Below are positions 1 to 8,434 of a DNA stretch of 15,061 bases, piece after piece (the stretch's first letter is position 1; every line of letters begins with the position of its first letter). The DNA lies in the NCBI GenBank assembly GCA_048938005.1, contig JBHLMQ010000066.1:1-15061 (forward strand). The letters are read 5' to 3'. The notes below the pieces were generated by a model that was not told the origin of the DNA, did no database searches, and was given only the letters and a program-made list of their open reading frames with translations. A program made the translations under genes and the position numbers. The stretch comes from Promethearchaeota archaeon (GTDB lineage Archaea > Asgardarchaeota > Lokiarchaeia > Sigyniarchaeales > SOKP01).

Positions 1-705
1 ACTTTTGTTGGAGGAATTGAAGTTGATATGTTAATAGCAGGGGGATGTGTTTCAGAAGTAAAATCTTGTTTTGTTGGCTTGGAAATTTTTGGAATGGCTC
101 CACATTATAGAAAAGCTGTGGAATCTGCTTCAATCAAAATATCAGAGGAGAGTGAAGCTACTATCGCTTTAGGACTAAGAGCATCCTACTTAAAGGTTCC
201 GTTCATGCCTTTAAAAGGCATTATCGGAACTGACATGCCAAAAGTAAGAAATGACATCAAACAAATTGAAGATCCTCTTGGTTCTGGTACTCAGGTTATT
301 GCAGTACCTAAAATAGATTTAGATGTAGCAATCTTACATATTCCTTATGCTGATGAATTAGGAAATGGTAATATTGCTGGTGCTGTATGGATGGATGCCG
401 ATATGGCTAAAACAGCTAAAAAAACCATAATAATATGTGAGAGATTAGTTGAAACAGAGGATATTCGATACTTACCTGGAAAAGCTCAATTACCTTTACA
501 AACCACAATTGCTGTTGTTAAAATGCCTTTTGGGGCACACCCAACCTCATGCTATCCTATTTATACATTTGATCCCCTTCATATTCAAAACTATTTAAAG
601 ACTAATTTTGAAGAATATAAGAAAAAATTTATAACGAACAAAACTCCTACTCAATATTTAGAAGAAACAGGTGGAGTAAAAACTATTTTTAATATTCTAT
701 TGTAG
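1..705 (+). CDS. Family I CoA-transferase-fold protein, alpha subunit (GctA/IpdA-like), 5'-truncated by the window
   Basis: The frame is open from base 1 (TFVGGIEVDMLIAGG), so the ATG at 28 is internal. Motifs DMLIAGGCV, LGLRA..VPFMP..GTD, DVAILHIPYADELGN and AVVKMPFGAHPTSC are typical of CoA-transferase subunit A. A beta subunit follows. Confidence 0.9.
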   Translation, partial: TFVGGIEVDMLIAGGCVSEVKSCFVGLEIFGMAPHYRKAVESASIKISEESEATIALGLRASYLKVPFMPLKGIIGTDMPKVRNDIKQIEDPLGSGTQVIAVPKIDLDVAILHIPYADELGNGNIAGAVWMDADMAKTAKKTIIICERLVETEDIRYLPGKAQLPLQTTIAVVKMPFGAHPTSCYPIYTFDPLHIQNYLKTNFEEYKKKFITNKTPTQYLEETGGVKTIFNILL

Positions 706-710
706 GAGGT
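704..710 (+). promoter_or_regulatory. Shine-Dalgarno-like ribosome binding site AGGAGGT
   Basis: AGGAGGT overlaps the TAG stop at 703-705 and ends 7 nt before the ATG at 718. Confidence 0.7.
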
Positions 711-717
711 AAAGATA

Positions 718-1596
718 ATGAGTGAATATTCAAAAAATTATACTGTGGATGAAATAATGACTGTTTTAATGGCGAGGGAGGTTAGAAATGATGATATAAT
801 GATTGTTGGTGTCGCAACTCCTATGGTATGGGCTGCTTTCACTTTGGCAAAAGTAACTCATGCTCCCGATGCGATATATCATTATATTATGGGAAATACA
901 TTTGTGCAAGAACCTCGACAAGTAAGCTTACTTTATCTTGAAATGAATACTGCGAGGGCATATCGTTTTCAGGATAGTGTAGAATGTACATTAGAGTCTC
1001 TACCTTCGGATAAACTAACTACAATTGAATTCTTTAGACCAGCTCAGATTGATCAATATGGGAACAGTAATAATATATGCATTGGTGATTGGAATAAGCC
1101 GAAAATTAGACTTCCTGGAGCTGCGGGAATTCTTGATTTTAGCATGTTTTATGCTCGAGGTTCATTCTTATATACACCGAGACATGATAAAAGAACATTT
1201 GTCCCTACTGAAAAAATCGATTTTATTTCTGGTGTTGGATTTCCAAATGGAAAGCCATCAATATGCGGAGGTTCCGGTCCCCAATGTGTAATTACTAATT
1301 TAGCTTATTTAGATTTTGATGAGAATAGTAAAAAGATGAGAGTAGCTTCCATTCATCCTGGAATTGACCTTGAGAAAATTAAAGAATCAACTGGATTTGA
1401 ATTAGTTATTCCGAAAGAGATAAAAGAAACCAAACCTCCTACCCTTAATGAAATCAAGCTTCTAAGAGAAAAAGTGGATCCCTTAAGTATTAGAAAATTA
1501 GAAGTTTTCTCTGGGAAGGAAAGAGAAAATTTGTTGGATGAGATTATACAAAAGGAATTAGCAATGGAAAAAAGATTTCCAAGATTATTGATTTAA
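718..1596 (+). CDS. Family I CoA-transferase-fold protein, beta subunit (GctB/AibB/IpdB-like)
   Basis: Motifs AREVRNDD..VGV, AKVTHAPD, AQIDQYGNSN, KPKIRLPGAAG, DFISGVG, VITNLAYLDFD, SIHPG..STGFEL and LLREKVDP. The canonical ExG catalytic motif is replaced by IMG. Confidence 0.9.
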   Translation: MSEYSKNYTVDEIMTVLMAREVRNDDIMIVGVATPMVWAAFTLAKVTHAPDAIYHYIMGNTFVQEPRQVSLLYLEMNTARAYRFQDSVECTLESLPSDKLTTIEFFRPAQIDQYGNSNNICIGDWNKPKIRLPGAAGILDFSMFYARGSFLYTPRHDKRTFVPTEKIDFISGVGFPNGKPSICGGSGPQCVITNLAYLDFDENSKKMRVASIHPGIDLEKIKESTGFELVIPKEIKETKPPTLNEIKLLREKVDPLSIRKLEVFSGKERENLLDEIIQKELAMEKRFPRLLI

Positions 1597-1649
1597 ATTT
1601 TAAAAAAATAATATCAAATAATAATAAAAATAAATTTAGTGAAATTATA

Positions 1650-2435
1650 ATGCCCAAAAAGAAGGTTAAAGATATTGATATGTATTATGAATTGACTGGA
1701 GAAGGTGATTCCTTATTACTTATCCATGGATTAGGATCAAGCACGCGTGATTGGGAAGAACAAGTTCCGGCTTTTTCCCACAAATATAAAGTTCTAACCA
1801 TTGATCTTAGGGGTCATGGACAATCAGATAAACCTAAAGGTCCTTACAGCATGCAAATGTTTGCTGAAGATATCGCAGAATTATTGAAAAAATTGGGGAT
1901 AAATTCAACTCATATTTTAGGGATTTCTTTAGGTGGTGGAGTTGCTTTTCAATTTGCCGTAGATTATCCTGACTTAGTAAAAAGTCTTATAATTGTTAAT
2001 GCTGGTATAGAGATACCTATGAATTCATTTAAAATGAAATTAGAAGCGTTTAAACGTACATTTATAGTAAAATTAGTAGGGATGAAAAAGATGGGTAAAG
2101 TTCTTGCACCTCGATTGTTCATAAAACCTGAACAGGAGGAATTACGTAAGAAATTAATTAAAAGATGGGCAGAAAATGATAAAAAGGCTTATCTTTCCGC
2201 AATGCGTGCCCTAATAGGTTGGAGTATTCGAGATCAACTAGACAAAATTAATTTTCCAACACTGGTGATCGGATCGGATAATGATTATGCTCCTTCTTCA
2301 GTAAAAGAAGAATATGCAGCATTAATCCCTAATGCGAGGTTTATAGAAATTAACGATGCCAGACATGCAGTTCCCATTGAGAAGCCTAAGGAATTTAATG
2401 AAATTGTTATGAACTTTCTATCGGAACAATCCTAA
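1650..2435 (+). CDS. Alpha/beta-fold hydrolase (3-oxoadipate enol-lactonase-like)
   Basis: LIHGLG oxyanion motif, DLRGHGQS, nucleophile elbow GISLGG (Ser93), PTLVIGSDND (acid residue) and ARH (His); 261 aa. Confidence 0.92.
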   Translation: MPKKKVKDIDMYYELTGEGDSLLLIHGLGSSTRDWEEQVPAFSHKYKVLTIDLRGHGQSDKPKGPYSMQMFAEDIAELLKKLGINSTHILGISLGGGVAFQFAVDYPDLVKSLIIVNAGIEIPMNSFKMKLEAFKRTFIVKLVGMKKMGKVLAPRLFIKPEQEELRKKLIKRWAENDKKAYLSAMRALIGWSIRDQLDKINFPTLVIGSDNDYAPSSVKEEYAALIPNARFIEINDARHAVPIEKPKEFNEIVMNFLSEQS

Positions 2436-2490
2436 ATGCCAAGTTCTATAATTTAATTTTTATTAATATTAATTTTTATGAGAATTAAAG

Positions 2491-3732
2491 ATGGTACAAT
2501 CATTTAAGATTCCTTGGGCAGCATGGTATGGAGATATAGATTTTAATCTTGAATTTCCGGATTCTTGGGATGTAAAAATATTTGGTATGAAAGATGCTGA
2601 TGAAATTTCACAAAAAGAGATTGAAATTGCTATAAATAATCCAATTGGAACTCCCTCACTTATCGAACTGGCTAAAGGAAAGCAAAATGCGATTATCGTT
2701 GTTGAAGATATTTCAAGACCTACTCCAATGGAGAATATCTTAAATATCATTATAAATCAATTAAATTCAGTGGGCATTGAAGATGAGAAAATTACTATCA
2801 TTTATGCGCTTGGTTCACACCGTCCGTTAGATAGAAGGGATTCTATAAAAAAATTGGGATTAAGTATAGTAGATAGGATTAATATCGAAAATCACCATCC
2901 ATATGAAAATCTAATTTATTTGGGTGAATCTAAAATGGGAACTCCCATCTACTTGAATAAAACTTATCATGAAGCTGATCTAAAAATTGCAGTTGGAACC
3001 GTAGTTCCACATCCTTTAGCGGGATATGGTGGTGGAGCTAAAATTATATTACCAGGGATCTGTGGAATCCAAACTCTTGAGGCAAATCATAGAACTGGCG
3101 TCGAGGGCAATGCTGGTGGAATAGGATTTGTAACCGAATTGAGAAAAGACATTGAAGAGGTTTGTGAAAAAGTGGGACTTGATTTTTCGATAAATATTAT
3201 ATCAACAATAAGAAGGGGAATTGCAGGGATTTATGCAGGTCATTTTATTAATGCACATAGGAAAGCAATGGAAATGGGTAAAAAAATATATTCAACTGAA
3301 TTACCACCTAATTTGAATTTGGATATCGGTTTTTTTAACCTATATCCTGAGGATACTGAATTATCTCAAGCTATTAAAGGATTTAATTTCTATTCTAGTA
3401 ACCTTATAAAAAGAGATGGAGCAATTGTATTTCTTACAGCAGCTAGCGAAGGAAGAGGGTTTCATTCATTGCAAGGTGAAACAGGAGGAAAATTGTATCA
3501 GAATTGGGGTAAGTCGACTAAAATTAAATGGCTCTTAAAAAACAGAAAATTTGGAATCTTTTCTCCTAATATCAACAAGTCCGATGTTCTACATTTTTAT
3601 CCCGAAAGAACAATCTTTAGAAACGATTTTAAAGATATGGTAAAACAGCTTGAAAAAATTTATGGGAAATTTCCTAAAGTTGGCATCTTTCCTTGTAGTA
3701 TTCAATTACCAAAAAAGGAAAAAAATACATAA
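2491..3732 (+). CDS. larA: LarA-family nickel-pincer-dependent 2-hydroxyacid racemase/epimerase (substrate uncertain)
   Basis: Motifs NPIGTP, EDISRPTP, ALGSHR, ENHHP, PHPLAGYGGGAKIILPGI, ANH and QAIKG match the LarA (DUF2088) family. Confidence 0.88.
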   Translation: MVQSFKIPWAAWYGDIDFNLEFPDSWDVKIFGMKDADEISQKEIEIAINNPIGTPSLIELAKGKQNAIIVVEDISRPTPMENILNIIINQLNSVGIEDEKITIIYALGSHRPLDRRDSIKKLGLSIVDRINIENHHPYENLIYLGESKMGTPIYLNKTYHEADLKIAVGTVVPHPLAGYGGGAKIILPGICGIQTLEANHRTGVEGNAGGIGFVTELRKDIEEVCEKVGLDFSINIISTIRRGIAGIYAGHFINAHRKAMEMGKKIYSTELPPNLNLDIGFFNLYPEDTELSQAIKGFNFYSSNLIKRDGAIVFLTAASEGRGFHSLQGETGGKLYQNWGKSTKIKWLLKNRKFGIFSPNINKSDVLHFYPERTIFRNDFKDMVKQLEKIYGKFPKVGIFPCSIQLPKKEKNT

Positions 3733-3793
3733 AGGAAAAAAGTATTAAACCGAAGAATAAAATAGAATAAATATCTCTTATTTTCTTTACTAT

Positions 3794-5470
3794 TTAAAAT
3801 TCAAGAATCGCCCCTTTTGCTGCAGAAGAAACGAGCTTTTTGTACTTTAAGAGTGCCTTATTTTTAATATCTTTTTCAACTGGTTTCCATTTTTTTAATC
3901 GTTCTTGTATTTCATTATCAGAAATTTCTACTTCAAGAATTCTGTTTGGAATATCAATATTAATTAAATCTCCATCTTTAATTATGGCAAGTGGTCCACC
4001 TACATAAGCTTCTGGGCTTATATGACCAATACATGGACCTGAAGTAGCACCTGAAAAACGTCCATCAGTAATTAAAGCAACACGATCTAAATCACGCTTT
4101 CTCACTAGAGTCATTGTAACAGCTAACATTTCGGGCATACCAGGACCACCTTTTGGACCTTCATACCTAATTATTATTACTGAATCATTTGAAACTTGAT
4201 TTGAAGTTAATGCGTCTATAGCGTCTTGTTCACCATTAAAACATATTGCAGGTCCTTTAAACATTAACATATTTTGATTATTTACAGCTGATTGCTTTAT
4301 TACCGCTCCTTCTGGTGCCAAATTCCCTTTTAAAATCACAGTCCCGCCTTCTGTAAAAAGTGGATTGTTCAATGGTCTTATTACCCTCTCATCTAAAACT
4401 TGAATTTTTCGAATGGATTCTCCAATTTTTTTTCCAGAAACAGTTAAACAATCTAAATGAAGTAAATCTTTTAATCTACATAAAACCGCTGGGATACCTC
4501 CTGCTTTATATAAATCTACAATGCCAAAATCTCCCGATGGAATAACGTTTACTATTGTCGGTATCTTTTTACTATATTCATTAAAAAGTTCCAAATCAAG
4601 ATTAATTCCCATCTCATATGCAATTGCAGGTAAATGTAACGTTGAATTAGTAGATCCTCCAATTGCTAAATCAACCATTATAGCATTTTCTAAAGATTTT
4701 TCGGTCATAATTTGTGAAGGAGTTATTTCTTTTTCTATAAGTTCAATTATTTTTTTTCCTGAATTTTTAGCTATCATATATTTCATTTGAGTCATTGCTG
4801 GAATCGTTGCAGCATTAGGTAAGGTCATTCCAAAAGCCTCCATTAAACATTGAGTGGTATTAGCTGTACCCATCAATTCACAAGCACCGTATGTTGCACA
4901 TGAAATACAACCTATAATATGAGTAGGATCATCATAATTTCTTTGGTTAATTCCTTTATATTCTGGCATGAATCTTACTTCATATAGGTTCGGTCCGCCT
5001 GGAACGCAAATTGTTGGTATATCAAGTCGAACCGCCGCCATCAAAATTGCAGGATTAATTTTATCACAGCTAGAAATTGTAACCATAGCATCAAATTTAT
5101 GGGACTCTACCATTAATTCAATTGAATCCGCGATTATTTCTCTCTGAGGCAAGATATTGCGCATACCTTCAAATCCCATCGCAATCCCATCACAAGGAGC
5201 AACTGTACAGAACTCGAAAGGTACTCCACCTGCCTCAAGAACTCCATATTTTACTGCTTCTGAAAGAATTTGTAAATGTTTATGACCTGGATTAATTTCA
5301 TTCCAAGTATTTACAACTGCAATGAATGGCTTATTATTAATCTCTTCTTCATCTAGACCTAATCCCTTCAATAATTCCAATTTCCCATAATTCATTGGTG
5401 TTTTTTTAATCCCTTCAAAAATACTTTTACTTCTTCTCTTTAAATCAATTTCTTTATCATTCATATTCAT
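3794..5470 (-). CDS. ilvD: IlvD/Edd-family Fe-S dehydratase (dihydroxy-acid or sugar-acid dehydratase)
   Basis: Motifs KPFIAVVN, PGHKHL, CDGIAMG, REIIADSIE, CDKINP, GAC..GTANT, GGSTN..LH, GNLAPEGAVIK, RYEGPKGGPGMPEM, LITDGRFSG and GHISPEA. The start could be 5470 or 5464. Confidence 0.93.
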   Translation of the reverse strand: MNMNDKEIDLKRRSKSIFEGIKKTPMNYGKLELLKGLGLDEEEINNKPFIAVVNTWNEINPGHKHLQILSEAVKYGVLEAGGVPFEFCTVAPCDGIAMGFEGMRNILPQREIIADSIELMVESHKFDAMVTISSCDKINPAILMAAVRLDIPTICVPGGPNLYEVRFMPEYKGINQRNYDDPTHIIGCISCATYGACELMGTANTTQCLMEAFGMTLPNAATIPAMTQMKYMIAKNSGKKIIELIEKEITPSQIMTEKSLENAIMVDLAIGGSTNSTLHLPAIAYEMGINLDLELFNEYSKKIPTIVNVIPSGDFGIVDLYKAGGIPAVLCRLKDLLHLDCLTVSGKKIGESIRKIQVLDERVIRPLNNPLFTEGGTVILKGNLAPEGAVIKQSAVNNQNMLMFKGPAICFNGEQDAIDALTSNQVSNDSVIIIRYEGPKGGPGMPEMLAVTMTLVRKRDLDRVALITDGRFSGATSGPCIGHISPEAYVGGPLAIIKDGDLINIDIPNRILEVEISDNEIQERLKKWKPVEKDIKNKALLKYKKLVSSAAKGAILEF

Positions 5471-5641
5471 ACACTACAATTGTGTAAATATTATTTTTCT
5501 ATATATTATATTCAAATTAATAACATTTAAAAAATAATTTTTCACATACCATACAAAATTAACCTCGAATCAATAGATATTGAAAAAGATAAACCTTTAT
5601 CATAAATTATAATTACTTTTTAATCAACCTAAGATTAAAAT

Positions 5642-5773
5642 ATGAAATCAGAAGACATATTAGAATTGGGTTAGCAAGTGGAAGAGATCGACTTTAATTA
5701 TAATTTATTATCATCAATCGATTCACATAATGTAAAAATAGGTCCATGGAAGATAAAGACTTTAAAAATCTAA
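5642..5773 (+). pseudogene. Possible gene remnant with an in-frame TAG, resembling the extreme C-terminus of a GH38 alpha-mannosidase-like beta-sandwich
   Basis: Reads MKSEDILELG*QVEEIDFNYNLLSSIDSHNVKIGPWKIKTLKI* with TAG at 5672-5674. The ending resembles the PxEIKTLxx C-terminus of GH38 enzymes (judged by eye). Confidence 0.3.
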
Positions 5774-5786
5774 CTATATAAAAAAA

Positions 5787-7508
5787 TCAATTTCTTGAAT
5801 AATTTTCTAATAATTCTTGCTTTCTATTCTTTATACTATCAAAATCATATTTCTGTTCAAAAAAGAAATCAAAAGGATCTTTAATATCATCTAAAAGTGG
5901 TTTTGAATACAAATTTTCATACATGTAATTTCCTTTTTCTGTTATATTTATGTTATCATCATCAATTTGAATTAAAATACCAATATCAATAAGGTTATAA
6001 ATTATAGAACCTATTCCCTCTTCTTTAAATGAGTATAATCCAAAATGAGACAATTCTGTATATATTAAATCTCCTTTTCTTAAGCAATCTTGAAATAATT
6101 GAATCAGCTGCTTATTAGTGAACGTCTTTTGGTTATTATGATAAAGAACAGTAAGGATCCATTTAACAATATATTCCTTAAAATTTTCTTCATAAGTCAT
6201 CTGAAAGCTTCCTAATTCGATACCTTCCTCCTTACTAGTAATAAATTCCTTGAAGATTTCAATAACTTCTTTAAAAATGAAAATACAGATCACTATTGCT
6301 ATAATTGGGTCTAAATAATAGAGAAATGTTGCATTAATAGTCCTCCCAAAATCTGAAAAAAGAGCACCGATAATTATACCAATAGAAATGATTATATTAA
6401 CTCTCGAATCTATAGCACTTGCCACCAATGATGAATTCCTACTCTTTTTTCCAACAAAGTTTTTCAGTGCTCTCATATAGGTATTCAGGAAAATTGATAT
6501 CATAGCTATTATTATAATAATCTGTGTATTTGAAATCTGCTTAGGGCCACGTATTAAGGATTCAATTGAACTGTATAAAAGTGAACCACCAGCAAAACTC
6601 ATTAAACTAATTAAAATTATGTTAACAAGTCTTTCTTTTCTATATTTAATACCGATACCGATTAATACAACAGCGATACAGTCAAGAAAATTCTCAAAAC
6701 CCTCTGCTGTTAAAGATTCAGAATTAAATAATCCTATAAAAATTTTAAGAAGACTTAGTATGAATAATCCGATAAATGATCTTATAAGAACACTACTACT
6801 TGTTAAAATCTTATTGAATTTGGCATTTTGATTATTAAGTGTGTCATTCCAAATTTTTTCTTGCTTTTGACCCTCTTGGTTTAATTTAACTATATTATCA
6901 TTAATATCCGCTAGTCTAAGTCCACATAAATGGTAGATGCTAGAAATAGAAGTTTTTTCATCAAAATATACGTTAGGAATAAAGATATTAAAAGTTCCTT
7001 TTATTTGGTTTTTCAATTCAGAAAATAATAGACTCTTTTGAGGTGATTTTATTAAATTTTCCATTGCAGCATACTCAACTCTATTAATTGGAAATAAATT
7101 TGATTTTCTTCTATGGAATGCTACCGCAACAATTCTGATAAGAGGATTAATAGAAATTAATATTAAAATAATTAATCCTAGGAAAAAAATAAAAAAACTG
7201 GAAGGACTAAATCCTAAGTATCCATTACCCTTAGCTAAAAAATCCGAAATAAAATAGAGTTGCACATAAAAAAAAATAAGAAAAAACATAATCCAAGGAG
7301 TTATTAAGGATCTTACAACCTTTTTTACGTGAAATTGTTTAAAGAAATCATTAATTCCACGCCGAATATAATGTCCCGTGAAGAAAACTCCTATATATGT
7401 AATCCAAAAACTATAAAAAAAAGATTTTAGAAAAACAATTTCAATGATAGAGGAAATTAAAGAGATTAAAACATAAATAATAAGGACTTTTTTAGCGTTT
7501 AGTGTCAT
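5787..7508 (-). CDS. Multidomain membrane protein with a cation diffusion facilitator (CDF)-like transmembrane domain
   Basis: Residues ~240-420 show the CDF pattern: LKIFIGLFNSESLTAEGFENFLD, SSIESLIRGP, GKKSRNSSLVASAIDSRVN, YLDPIIAIVI. There is an extra N-terminal hydrophobic block and two soluble domains. Confidence 0.75.
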   Translation of the reverse strand: MTLNAKKVLIIYVLISLISSIIEIVFLKSFFYSFWITYIGVFFTGHYIRRGINDFFKQFHVKKVVRSLITPWIMFFLIFFYVQLYFISDFLAKGNGYLGFSPSSFFIFFLGLIILILISINPLIRIVAVAFHRRKSNLFPINRVEYAAMENLIKSPQKSLLFSELKNQIKGTFNIFIPNVYFDEKTSISSIYHLCGLRLADINDNIVKLNQEGQKQEKIWNDTLNNQNAKFNKILTSSSVLIRSFIGLFILSLLKIFIGLFNSESLTAEGFENFLDCIAVVLIGIGIKYRKERLVNIILISLMSFAGGSLLYSSIESLIRGPKQISNTQIIIIIAMISIFLNTYMRALKNFVGKKSRNSSLVASAIDSRVNIIISIGIIIGALFSDFGRTINATFLYYLDPIIAIVICIFIFKEVIEIFKEFITSKEEGIELGSFQMTYEENFKEYIVKWILTVLYHNNQKTFTNKQLIQLFQDCLRKGDLIYTELSHFGLYSFKEEGIGSIIYNLIDIGILIQIDDDNINITEKGNYMYENLYSKPLLDDIKDPFDFFFEQKYDFDSIKNRKQELLENYSRN

Positions 7509-7651
7509 GGATTTCTTTTACTCTTAACCTTAACACATTTTTAATAGAGAATTTAATTGGATTATAAGTAAAATAAATTCTTTTTTATATATAATAAATT
7601 CCCTAGGAAAACTTAAAAAATTTTTTTTCCTTCAAAACTATTATTAAAAGA

Positions 7652-8434
7652 CTAATTTTTTAAAAATTTGGGATTTAATATTATTTTTACTAATTTATTT
7701 AGAGCTAAATAGCTTTTTGAATTTTCAGAGATATCTATTATTGATTTCCCCATTAATTCTAATTTTGTTATATTATTATCTTCTGGAATTTCCCCCAAAA
7801 GAGGTAATTCAAGATCCCTTATTTTTTTGAGAATATAATCAATGTTTCCTTTAACTCTATTCAAAATAATGCCAAGCTTTTTGTATTTAGTAAATTTCTT
7901 AGCACTTTTACGAATAGCATCGGCAGTTTCAATACTCCTTATTGAAATATCTGAAACAATTAAAACAATATCAACAGTTTCTATTACCATTCTATTGATT
8001 TGCTCAAGTCCGGCTTCACAGTCTATTATGACAATATCAAAATCTTTAGAAATCGATCCTATAACCTTTCGTAAGAGAGTGTTTGAAGGACAGAAACAAC
8101 CGGGGCCCTCGGGTTGCCCTATAGATAATAAACTAAAATTTTTACTTTCAGTTATCGCATTATATACTTGAAAATCAATATTTTTTGCTACTTCTTCGAA
8201 ATTTCTTGCTTTTGTTAATAGTTCATCTATAACTTCTGTTCTTAACTTTTCAAGACTTTTTTCTGGAATTAAATTTACCAGATGACTTAAATGAGGATGA
8301 GCAGGATCTGCATCAATTAATAACATTTTATATTTATAAGTTTTCGAGATACTCTTTGCTAAAAGTGTTGTTATTACTGTCTTACCAGAACCACCTTTTC
8401 CAACAATCGATAATACAAGAGGTTTATTTTCCAA
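7652..8434 (-). CDS. cooC: CooC/AcsF-type nickel-insertion ATPase (MinD/ParA-like)
   Basis: Deviant Walker A GKGGSGKT, LIDADP, the metal-binding GPGCFCP (CxC) motif, IDCEAGLEQINR, ILNRV and IPED. Confidence 0.9.
   Translation of the reverse strand: MENKPLVLSIVGKGGSGKTVITTLLAKSISKTYKYKMLLIDADPAHPHLSHLVNLIPEKSLEKLRTEVIDELLTKARNFEEVAKNIDFQVYNAITESKNFSLLSIGQPEGPGCFCPSNTLLRKVIGSISKDFDIVIIDCEAGLEQINRMVIETVDIVLIVSDISIRSIETADAIRKSAKKFTKYKKLGIILNRVKGNIDYILKKIRDLELPLLGEIPEDNNITKLELMGKSIIDISENSKSYLALNKLVKIILNPKFLKN

Noticed and set aside
703-720. The alpha and beta subunits are in the same frame, separated only by TAG-GAG-GTA-AAG-ATA, suggesting amber read-through or pyrrolysine fusion
   Set aside because: A strong SD precedes the ATG at 718, sharing a frame has a 1-in-3 chance, and TAG ends cooC (7652) and the Fe-S gene (12404) at normal lengths.
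1025-1291. 88-aa alternative-frame ORF
   Set aside because: It lies inside the well-supported beta-subunit gene and has no motifs.
1-2435. pcaIJ-pcaD (beta-ketoadipate pathway) assignment
   Set aside because: The catalytic Glu appears absent, there are no ring-cleavage or thiolase genes in the window, and the hydrolase motifs are generic.
2469-2750. 93-aa antisense ORF
   Set aside because: Shadow of the LarA gene.
3733-3793. Possible hairpin terminator and AGAATAAA direct repeat between convergent genes
   Set aside because: Only an imperfect A/T stem, indistinguishable from background. Termination is likely here but cannot be localised.
4360-4790. Two short + strand ORFs
   Set aside because: Antisense shadows of the IlvD-family gene.
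5588-5601. Inverted repeat GATAAA-CC-TTTATC upstream of the IlvD-family gene
   Set aside because: Single occurrence with 6-bp AT-rich arms; too weak without conservation data.
5787-5789. TGA stop as possible selenocysteine
   Set aside because: It is at the protein end in a non-catalytic context, followed by T-rich low-complexity sequence, and no SECIS was recognised.
6619-8171. + strand ORFs 6619-6831 and 7842-8171
   Set aside because: Antisense shadows of the CDF-like and cooC genes.
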